From the NCBI GenBank assembly GCA_965285935.1, contig OZ260661.1, positions 97,960,001-98,024,000 of the forward strand: 64,000 bases of DNA. The letters run 5' to 3'. A model generated the notes under the pieces. That model worked only from the letters and a program-made list of their open reading frames with translations, did no database searches and had not been told where the DNA came from. The stretch comes from Ophelia neglecta. Taxonomy: Eukaryota. Positions 1 to 11,200 of this stretch are shown here, piece by piece. Position numbers and translations under genes: made by a program. The first letter of the stretch is position 1. Every line of letters starts with the position of its first letter.

Positions 1-1499
1 AGTGTATTTTGTTTGGAACCTCAGTATTTATAAAAAAGATACTATAAAACCGGTCTCTAAAGTCCAAAAGACAACATTTGGTGAGACGCGATTACTGAAT
101 GACGTATAAAACACGTAAAAACGAGTACTGTATCATGCAGAATAGTGTAGGCCTACCTCCAATATACAAGCTTGGTAAGCAGGGACATGGTCAACATTGT
201 TTCAAAGGTCCTGGAAAATGCATTTGACTGGGCATTTTGACATTATGCCTTTTTATATAAATAAATACACCCGTCTTTTCAAACATTATGATTGGCATTG
301 TGGCCTTTAAATCAGAAATGCTTATTTATTTTAAAGTTTAATTCAACTGCCTTGATCCAAGATTGATCCTATATTGTCAATTAAGAGGAACCTACTTTTC
401 TGTGGTAAGTGCATGCTTCGTGTTTAGCATAATGCCTGCACGCAGGGGACCTCAGCTGCCCAATACCAAAGGGAAATTAAACCAATTTTCATGTCATATG
501 ACTACTGAAGGCTTACAGTCATCGTTGCCTCAACACTAAATTCACTCTGGTTAGGCCATGTTTCTCGGTCACTTGGCAATTTTTATATAATGTTATTTTA
601 GTACTAAGGCAATTTTTATACTTGGCAACCATGCCTCGTAGACCATTGTCATTCTGGATGTTGCTGTAAATTTTAGTTTAAGTATCTTTTTTAACGTTTG
701 TCATATTTCATTTTCATTGATGGCCTTACTAACAAAATCATAGATAAATCTTGGCATGAGAATGTTTACAATTCTTGTGATCTCAACAGCAGTATTCATA
801 GGAAAATGCTCGAACAAAACTTCACCAAATATATCAAAAGAAGCATGTTTATCAGTTAATTTGATCACGACCTATTTACTCAGTTTTTCTCGTTTATCTA
901 TACAAACTATGAAAATGTCACATCTAGGCATTTTCCATTAGTGTGACGTTATGCAGAACGAGGTACTGCTTACGGTCGGGCGGTATATTAACAAATTTGC
1001 GAAGTATGGGGGATTTATATTGGAATGATTTTTAACGAGGTCGTGGTTGGTTGGTGAACACTCGCGTATCGGAGTGTCTAGATGCACGACGTGTATAACA
1101 TTATTGTAATGTTACAGTTTAATACAACTAATGTTTCAATTATATTTATGGTAAACTGTTTTTAGGTCGAGTAATAACATAGAAAATTTGGACGCATGAA
1201 GTTGTTTAAGACTCAATATGTTTTAGCCTTTGTTTTTATAAACGTTGCGAATGGCTCCTTTAGCCTATATGGACTATTTATTATAGCCCTCAATTTTTTG
1301 TTAAAACATTGATCCCTGGAGAAGATTTTAACTTAAGCAGGCATGTTCCCAAAGAATGCTATTTTATATGGGTAGGCCAACATAAAGCAGAAATTGTAGC
1401 TTATGTGCGGCATAGAGTATGAAGAGTATTTATATTGAGGCCTCTCGTGTGTCTTTTATCTCGGACATTTTATTAGGCCTACTAATGAATAAAATATGC

Positions 1500-4446
1500 T
1501 GTTTCTATTTAATACGTCCGTCAATTATCAGTTCTCGCCATAGCCATGATACACAGTTGAAGAAGCCTGTTTGAAGTCTATGTCAGACAAGTGTTTGGCC
1601 TACTCAACTGTAACAAGAAAGTTGGCGAGTGCTCTTACCAGCACACTGTCGTTTGACCTAGATCAATGAACCCACTGAAAAATGTGTGAGGAAATAGCCG
1701 TGGTGAAGGAGCGAAATATTCAGCAACAGAATGAGGTTGGCACCCTCGACGATCTTGTCAAATCAAATATGGTAATACCAAGGAGTTGGAGGACACACTT
1801 GATGTTCTCCAGAACCAGGCAGATGACCGGAAGCAGAACGCCAGGAGGAACACGAATTTCAGGCCTGGAGGAGGCTGTAGAAGTGGAAATTGTGAGTCAC
1901 AAGGTCCTAGACCTGTTCGACACCAGGATGAATATCACCCCTCCATTAACCTTAGATCACCTTGATCGAGTCCACAGAACGGGCCCCATCCGAGATTGTG
2001 CCACTAGGGCGATTCTTGTTAAGTTTTTCACCTACTCTTATAGGCGGAGAGTTTATTCTGCTCGTACTCTGAAACCTTCCGCGAATTTTCCCTAGTTTTA
2101 TGTGCCTGTATACATTAATGAGGATCTAAATAGAGAGAAAGCCAATCTATTAAATAATGCACGCAAAATGAAGAAGGAGGAAAGGGATTGCTAGACTGCT
2201 GATGGACATGTTCTTATAAGAAATGAAACAGGGAAGGTGATTCCTGTTAGCAACATTGTTGATCTTCAGAAAGCGGGAAATTAAATGTCAAATACACAAA
2301 AACTTCAGTTTGACCTTTGCTGCTAATTATGATAACTAACATCACATTGAACTACTCAGGGCATTCTTAATGCTTGCGCTGTTCTCAGTGCGTCATATGC
2401 TACCCATATATACTCTTTGTTCCTAACAATGAGTTGTGTTTCAAAGAATTGTACCGCCGTATACAATTACTGGACTTTGAGTTAATGTATTTAAAGTACG
2501 CATCACATCTGGGGAACAACGTTACCTTAGGTTTCTTTTGATAGAAAAGAGTAATTTTTGTAGACTTGAACAACCATTTTTATGCCTAACATTTTAATAG
2601 CTGCATAATCTGTAAAATGAAAGTGCTTGAGAGTGCGGGGGGGGGGGGGGGGGGGGTCTCTACAGATTAGAAATGGTTGGAATAGTAACGCAGACTTGAT
2701 CTTGGTATGTTTAACCAATAAACTGAGATATTGATAATTTGAATTTATAAATGTAAGGTTGTTTTTAGTAGTAATCCTATAGTTGGTGTTATGTACCGCC
2801 CACCTGATACTGGCATTCATCCTTTTGTCTTTCATTAATGAAGTGTTATCAACTATTAGGCATAAAAATAAGTCGGTTTACATATGTGGAAACTTTGACA
2901 TTAATTTGCTCAATGCTGATAGTCACATATCACCATGAGAAACCCCAAAAGTCCAAAATCCAAATCCTTTAGAAACCATGTTCTCCTACTCATTTATTAT
3001 CTTAAGCAATAGGCCTACAAGGAATAGAGATATTCTTTATTAAATATATGTAAGCAATGATGTACAACATATTGAGTTAGTTAATGATACCGGTTTAACT
3101 GATATTTCTGATTACTTTCAATATTCAAATGTTTAGTGGGAACACCTAGAAGATAAATTAGCAGACCATTTATGGTAGTAGTGAGTGTCAAATGGCATTT
3201 ACTTTATTTCATAATTTATTCTGGTAGGTGTATAACGAATCTTTCGGTTAACATTTAAAATAGACTACATTTAGAATCTAGAAATAATACTACTCTTTTA
3301 ACATTTAAGGTTATAAAGAATATCAGGAAGTCTAGAATATATTTCGGCGTAAGGAAGAAAGAGAGTGTTATGATATGAAAATGAATCAAAACCAATTTAA
3401 GTTAAGGAAAGCATGAAGTACTTTTAAGGAGATTATTAATTGAAATAAGACTGGGCCCTCAAGCCAACTTCGTAATAATGGTAAAAAGGATGAAGATGGT
3501 GATGTCATAGCTAGTTTTAATCAGTTTTATGTGAGTATTCGTCTCAGCCTGGCTCAGCAAATACCCAAGTGTAATAAATATCCTACATCCTATATAAAAC
3601 AAGACATTTCTGGGACTGTGCTATTTGGAGAGACTGATATGAGTGAATTCAAACACATTGTCACGTCATTGAAGGATGCAAGTGTAGGCTGGGATGGTAT
3701 TCAAGCAAAATTTGTAAATTGTTCTTATCAGTCGTATCTAGCTCCCCTAAGCGAGTTACTAAACTTCTCTTTAAATAATGGTACTTTTCCAGTTAAACCT
3801 TAACTGCCTCATTTTATTCCTTTGTATAAATTGGAAAACAGCATGCGTTCCTAAGGTACATGTATATATAGGCATTATTTGCAAAGCAAGAAAGGTGCTC
3901 AGGCACTCAACATTGTTAACTTTATTTTATTGTTTTTGTACCCTTACACCCATTATTGTATAGAAGAATGGGATGGTGCCAAACAATCTTTAATTTCAAC
4001 AAGAATTAAATTGCAAAAGAGTATAAATGAATCATTTTACGGAATAATCTCTATGGAATGACTTAGCATAAGTGTTGTATTCCTTCGTGAAAAAAGAAAC
4101 TTTAAATTTTGCTGAAAAAAAATATAGCGGTTTATTGTCTATGATTAAACCTTTAGATGCAGGAATTTAATGAAGTGCTTGATATTTTTGTTCTTCTCTG
4201 TTTTTTCTGCACTGTAGTCAAACGTTTTTATTTTGAGAATGTTTATGTGTTTAGCTATAGAGAAGGGCACACTCGCAAGTTGGCGTTCAACGCTCATTGT
4301 CACGAGATATTTAGGTGACTTATTTTGTACATCATGACCGTATTACAGGTTAGTGTGAAAGTTGATCCGATATCATCTCTGTTCGAATGGCTTTGTTTTT
4401 TGTATGTTTTTCATGTGGCAATAAACTTATAATTATCATTATTATC
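1500..4446 (+). mobile_element. Decayed non-LTR retrotransposon (LINE, CR1/L2/Crack group) with ORF1 and internally deleted ORF2
   Basis: ORF1 remnants (~1547-2283, frameshifted): ADDRKQNARRN/RISGLEE, LDRVHRTGP, RAILVKF, VYINEDL and TADGHVLIRNE. APE endonuclease remnants (~2630-3020): RGGGVS, VGVMYRPPDT, YICGNFDINLL and NRPTR. Pre-RT region (~3510-3830): FNQFYVSI..SLAQQIP, SVGWDGI and PLSELLNFSLNNGTFP. The sequence then jumps to the ORF2 C-terminal region IGIICKARKVL..TLLTLFY/YPYTHYCIEEW..LQK (~3850-4020), so the RT core is missing. The 3' end has AATAAA followed by an ATT-like tail at ~4420-4446. The 5' boundary is approximate. Confidence 0.85.
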
Positions 4447-6344
4447 AAAGCAGACGTAAATCTTATTGGAACCATAGTGCTTATTCGTTTATCATAGTAA
4501 TAAATATCGTGGAGTTGAATACAATGTTGAAACCTCTTAACGTAAGTACATCGCGATATGTCTGTTATTGTGGATCTAGCTTATTATATTAAACGATAAG
4601 TTAGGATTTCACGTATGCCGCCCCCACTACTGGCGGGTGAATATTTGAGCTGGTTACTTTCGACTCGGCCTTCCTTCGGAGTTTCTCCGAATGGTCATGT
4701 TCGAATATTAATTACGCGTCAGATGGAGGTTAGTAACTCATATGGATCAGTCATTAAGGGTATGGTTAGGGGTACAGGTCGGAAGGTATACGGGAATGGG
4801 TAAAATGATAGTATCGTAGTGCGGAGCACCATGGGTAATTGGATTCTGACTGAATAAGGTCAAAAAGCCAACGGTGTACATGGTAAGCTGAAGGACTACT
4901 GGTTTAATAGTCACATTGACTCTGTTCCAACATAGGCCTATTTAACTCTATAGAAGGCCCAGGCTGTGCACCTCCAGTTCCATATTTGCTTAGTCACAGA
5001 CTTGTTAATTTGTTAATCAAACTATGCCGAGTGTTAGCCGTGTCTATACAGAATGACCCAAAATGCACCATTTTTTTTTTGTACCTTAAGATTTCAAAAT
5101 AGAATATTGACAGTTATACTTTGCACCTTACAAAACAAAGCTCGGTGTAGCTGCAGGTGAAGTAGTCATCCAATACGCCTACCTGCGTTCTCCTACCATA
5201 AAATATCGTCCTTGACCTAGTCCTCCAGGCACGTGGTATAAAGGGCAGCGTGGCGTCTGGATGAGTGTCCAGGACCGTCGTTAATGGTTTTTCTCGATTT
5301 TAAAGGTTAACATACATCTAGCGGATGTCTGAAACGGTGAAAAAGGCAAAATTCAGTGTACATTTAAAATGATTAACATTAGCCTTTTAAGTTTCTCCCG
5401 CGCGAGCAAGTGATCCAGATTCTAGGTGTTTCTATTTTGCAGAGCCGTCTGCCTTAAGATCAGCAGGGGATTCGCAGTGCGTGCTTGGACTGGCAGTGTT
5501 TTATTTATTTATAATGCCATCAATGCACATGTCCTAGACAATAGCGTTAAAGTGGAGTCATCCAGAAATATACATCGAGAGAACCTCGTGGTCATGATTT
5601 TGTAACTCGTAATTACTAATAGTATCCACGCTTTACATTTTATTAATCAATTAAATTTAAAATTACGTTAACCTATTTTATGTGTATTTTATTAAAGCAT
5701 TGGTTATATTTTATTGTATCCATCATGCCACTGCCGCCAGGAATAAAGTACCGAACACGGCACACCCCCGTGCTGTATCTAAGGTGCTTAATGATTTGTC
5801 AAAGACCCACTCAAAAAGCTGATGTTATTTTCTTGTAACTTGAAAGTAGCCCCAGTTGGAGAAAAGTGTGTTCAATTTCTCCCGTACATGACAAAGCTAA
5901 ACGTAGATACATACATGTGTAGGCCAGTATTATTATTTATATTTTCCAACTGGAATATTTGAAATTGATCGTAAAGACATAGATTCAGATATAAGCACCG
6001 AGCTTATTCCTGGGCAAGTTTTCAATACAACGTTCTTATGCGCTGGTATTTTTAAATTCATGAATAAAATTGATCATAAAAAATAATAATCTAAAATGAT
6101 GAAATAGCATATTGAGATATTGTTGTAAAAGCGCGGAAGGAAGAGTGATGGCAGCAAGAGAAACCCTAAACCAATTTGTCGGTAAGATTTTACCTTTATC
6201 AAATTACTTCCCTTGAGCGGGAAGCAGCTTACTGCCTCGAGTTGCGGTTTTCACGATGGCCAGCATTTCCGGCACTGTCCTTCTGCAGCTTTTATGACTG
6301 TCCATAAAAAGCAGGAGGCGTCTTCTTCCACAAGGTATACTTAC

Positions 6345-6365
6345 GTTTCTCTGCTGTTGAACCTG
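6345..6365 (-). other. Candidate 21/18-nt microexon with a NAGNAG acceptor
   Basis: The minus strand reads ttttctgttcttttttctaaaCAG|CAG|gttcaacagcagagaaac|GTAAGTA. Both possible lengths are multiples of 3. Confidence 0.3.
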
Positions 6366-8014
6366 CTGTTTAGAAAAAAGAACAGAAAAGTTGGTTAAGG
6401 CTTTGGGGATATAGATCAACGTGCATGGGAAGTAAGGGCTCCTCTCTCGAGGTCTTGTCACATTGTGTTAGTTGGTTCATAGCCAACGAGCTGATGAAGG
6501 CCAGTTCCTCTGTTACTGCTCCCACCACGTTGCTAAGTGCTCCTGGAATGGCGGATCCTGATGAAGGATTGTGCCTCAACTAAAAGGTCTATATTGTTAA
6601 AGATTATTCCCGCTTTTGTTGCTCAGGATACGTTTATGTTAATATTGAAATAGCCATGAAGTAGTCTTCTTTGTATATTACAGAGTGGGCGTGGTATACC
6701 GAATCATTGCTCTTACGTACTTATTAAATGGCTGATCAAATTAGATATATTCCATAATACCTAAATGTTGAGGAAATGCCCTAGGAAAAACAGAATGAAA
6801 AAACACAATCTCCTGAAAGTAGGTTGGACTTTTTAAAAGTGTATCCCCTGTAACCATGTCAACCAGTGCATATTCATTTCTTTTTTTAGCAAATTGTTTT
6901 TGTCGAGGATTTTACGTTAGATTTCTTTGTTAAGTGAGCGATTCTAATTATAAAAATAATATTTGTCCCACCAAACTGGAAATAACCTGTGTATGTGTGT
7001 TACTAATAAGTATCCTAGTTATTCTCATCATCTAAGCCGCATTAACAATTTTTAAGGTATGGATGCCGAGCTGGAATAAGGGATCAACCGTAGAGCAACT
7101 GCAAAAAAAGTCTACCGTATTTTATAACAAAACCTAAACAATGGACGGGTTGACGAATGAGTACATTATGAGGCCATGTAATGAAGGAAGCTTGGTTGGC
7201 GTCCAAGCAGTTTTCAAAAAGCTAGGAGGCAGGGAGGTAATTTAACACACACCCGCCTAGCGCCATTAAAATGATATATTATTTTGTTGCTTTAAAAACA
7301 AGACTAAACCTAACACATACCTATATATTTTACTGACAAATAAAAAAAACATAGGCGCTACATAATAAGCTGCTTTGGAGTTAATAAAGTACAAAGTATG
7401 AATTGATCATAATTCAGTCAATTTGCTACAACAAACAAAATAGCAGTGAAATCCACATTCTTTTGGAATTAGAAATAGAGTTTGTATCTATTGCTCTCAT
7501 TGAGTAAGAAAAAAGTCATCTGGATCGCGTTTGTTTAAAAAATTTGAGGCAAAAGCTATGCGCGCGACGCTTCTCAAAACTCCTTCTTCCTTACAAGTCA
7601 AATACTCAATAGCATTTGTCAAGTTTGGGAGGTGGTAGTAGTTGTGGTGGTGGTGTGTTGATGTTGAGAGCCTGAAAATCCATCCAGCGTTGTAAAACCT
7701 ACAATGTCATAATACTTTACAGCAATGCCTCGCCTTGAGAATTTCTTTATTTCATTTACCAGAGTATTTTATGAGCCCTCACATAGTATTTGGAATATGG
7801 CTCTCTTCTACTAGTATTTAAATATACACCTATCTCCAGGTTACCCTTCTTATCAGAGGTTAATGCTCTTCGCACAAGTTCACCGAATTACTCATGCGGA
7901 GAGAGCGAAGCTGTGTACTCTACACGATGGCTAACTCCAGGCCAGGGAATGTTTACTCAAATCCCACTGATCATGAGTATTTAATGGTAGTTCACATTAG
8001 TTAGTTAACTCAAT

Positions 8015-8259
8015 GGGCTATTGATTAAACGCGGAGGTACGGAGGTGCGGAAGTGCGGAGGCGCCGAGGCTAGGCGGAGGCCGAGGTCACTGAATGACAC
8101 GAAGCAGAAATTCGTAAGCAAAGCCATATGCTGGGCCTGGGGGTTAATTTTATGGTTAGGGTAAGGGGTAGGAACAGGTTATATAGGTCGAGGGATATGT
8201 CCTGATCTCGGGATTTACCTCCGCAGGGCTCCTTGCCTCTGCCAATAAATCGAAAGCCC
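8015..8259. mobile_element. MITE-like non-autonomous DNA element (~245 bp)
   Basis: Imperfect TIRs: gggctattgattaaacgcggagg at the left end and cctctgccaataaatcgaaagccc at the right end. An internal inverted pair gcggaggta (8031) / tacctccgc (8216) is present, along with tandem gcggagg-type subrepeats and a ggttagggtaagggg core. No clean TSD (tcaat vs tcaaa). Confidence 0.55.
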
Positions 8260-11200
8260 TCAAATGCATATTCAATGTTAACAAAGGGCAAGCATGTAGT
8301 ATGAAAACACGTGTACCAGTTTTTCATATTGGAAGATTTTGGTCGAAGAATAGATGTTTCCTGAATTCACAATCGTGAGCAGTATATCCAATAGGTGTTG
8401 GGATTGTTTTATGGGTTGGTTCATGCACCAATGTTTGTTTGTCCAATGTGAATAGGGCTCGATTTTCACCTGCCTTTATTGTTCTGCGTCGATATCGTCG
8501 TTTAAACCGATACAGTGCATGTCACCATAAAGGCATAAAACCCTGGGAAACCACAGGCTTTATCACGTGCATGGTCCTAATCGAAATGAATGTGTCTTTA
8601 TAAATGAAGAAAAGTTATTCCTAATTACCAGACGTCAAAGGATATTTACACAAATTACGACCAGCATTTAATCAGCCTATAACTACGCCTTTTTTCATTT
8701 ATTTTTCCGATAAAATAATCCATTTAAGCCCTGTATGAATAATATAACCATATACACACATGTTACAATTAAAAAAATGCCAGTGAAGTTATTTGAGTAT
8801 ATACTATAGGCGTGGGATATCATTTCCATGTGTCAAAATATAATACTTAGTTCCAAAAGACTGAATCAAGAGGAACCACTACGAGAGTATAGCAGACGAC
8901 AGCTACTCCATTGGCTAAACGAGCCAGGCTAAAACTATCAAAATAACCTTGAACTTGAATTAGACAACGATTGTCTACGTCTTATAAAACATTATGGTCA
9001 TATGATGGTAAATTGTGGCTAAGAGGGATATATACAGAGAGAGAGGATGATTTGCTTCATTTACAGACTCATTTTACATAAATCCTCGAATTTGGAATGT
9101 GTTTTCAATGTCTTGCTACTAATATGGCCAACTGACAATGAAAATGAATTGCTAAAATTACCATTGACAAAATACCATTGTGGCCATCCATGTATGTTTG
9201 CAGTATTTGTTCCCAAGGAATGACTAACTTGCAGATTTCGAAAGAGTACCCGGGGATCGGGACACTTCTCCTTCCGTTCACCGGGTGTTTTAGATGGCGT
9301 CTTGCTAACAACCAGACGTCCCTTGGATGAAGATGCCCTAAAACGTCTAGCTCCGTCAGTTTTTAACAAAGGCCCTGCAATCAATATTGTGGACGGTTAT
9401 AGCAACTGAAAAATACGACAGGATTCGCTAACAATCTTTGTGGAGGCCTATAATAGTTTTTACGACACATCGGATTGTTCAATTACATGTAATAAATAGA
9501 CTTCAAACTTGTTTTGAATTCGTGAATTAAATGTGGTTTCAAAATGATGCAAATCATGCACAGAGAAATGTCAATATGTTTGGATTTATTAATAATAAAA
9601 CTGGATAAGCCAGTGGCTGATTTCATCGAACGCTGATATATGACAGTATTTACTATTGCATGATCACTGCTCGTTTAATGTAATGGCCGAAAGGATTTCC
9701 TCTTACACCAACCACACTATTTTGAGTATAAATTCCCCACTGAGATAAAAGTGATTCCAACTGCTCCAAGGAAATCATGGAATCAATCCATCTTCGGGTA
9801 AAAAGGTAATAAAAAGCCTTGTCTGAATTCGTCCGACACTGGCACAAATCGATAGCGCTAATTATTGTGTGAGCCACTTTTCAACCTGACGTCAAATTAG
9901 CATAGATCAGTAGTTTATGAACTTGTGAGGGCCTCCTTCGAGAAGGGCACTGTGCTCAGGTAGGGAACAACATTCTCATATGAATGCCATTGTGGCACTA
10001 GATTTTCGGGTTACAAGACTCAGTTGCGTAAATAATTGCACCAAAGTTTAACAAAAATGCAATATTAAACAGGCAATTGTTGTTACAAGTTACTAGCAAC
10101 CATGGTTTTATCGAATCAAATTTTAAGCAGCAGTATTTTGGGGAAAACACATTTCATCTCTAAATATGTAAACAGAAAACTGTTTTCTTTTCTTCGCAAT
10201 TCTTCTAGCCCCACTCCCCCAACCCCATGTACCTAGTGGGCCGTTCCTGACCTAGTACATGTTATAATTTTAATTATGTTCACATCAACTACGAGGTCAA
10301 TTTGATGGAACGAGATCACTCAGCACTACTCTCCGATATAACCTTATCAACGTGGCCCACATGCCATTGTAATGTTCTGGCTTTGCACAACTTTAATGTG
10401 CAAGTAGTAAAAGCTAGCTGGATTTACCGGATCAAGGGAATAATTATGCTGAATGTAACTTTGCTTATCGTAAAAGTACTACAGTACCATGAAGACCCTA
10501 GGGAACCACACTGTATCGTAAAGTATCATTTCAAAAACGGGGTTTGCTGTAAGGGAAATGGTTATGTAGGCCATATCCGTTTTTTTCTGAGATATTGCAT
10601 TGAATTTCTTATTCAAGGCACTAGTTGGTCCAAGGAGCAGGTATTCTGGAGAGACAGGTCACCGAAACATTAACACAGCTGTCGCATTTCTGGTACTACC
10701 ATAGACTATTATTGACCACACAGAGAAGCAGTTTAAGCATAATAATACATGTATTTCTCCAAATTGCCTGCTCTTGCGCTTCCCTTGTTCTTTAATCTAT
10801 AGTCGATACCAGGTTTTCCTACCTAAATCAAAGGACAGCGTATTGACAGTGTCCGAGAGCAACTAGACGCTAGTGGTCATCAAGACAAAGGAGTCGCGAC
10901 ATGCCAAAGACATTGTTACAAATCGATATCCCATCAGTAGCCAATTTGGTGCTGATCATTGCTCACTCCACAATAGTTGAACATCTGGACCTAGAAACAG
11001 TAACAGAACGTATGTAGTGGTGCGACCTGGCGAATGGTATATGCGCTAGCGCTTGCTGATGTAGCCATTTCTCCTCGTCTGTCTCATGTGTAGCTTCCAT
11101 AGGCAATAGCCCACAACTGAATAAAGTTCATAGTACTTTGGTGATTGGTCACACATGGGCCTTTATGGACAACAACCTACACTATATTGTGCGAAAGGCT

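Noticed and set aside
400-460. Degenerate tRNA-like SINE head
   Set aside because: There is only a vague A-box resemblance and no B-box.
6488-6582. Two CTGATGAAGG motifs suggesting hammerhead ribozymes
   Set aside because: Neither is followed by the required GAAA after stem II, and no stem I/III arrangement was found.
9120-9410. Protein-like plus-strand reading, possible upstream exon
   Set aside because: It has an internal stop, no recognisable domain and no good donor site.
10302-10673. 123-aa ORF and the other 60-140 aa ORFs in the track not discussed above
   Set aside because: No domain motifs or splice-site support were found, and the lengths are consistent with chance ORFs in non-coding DNA.
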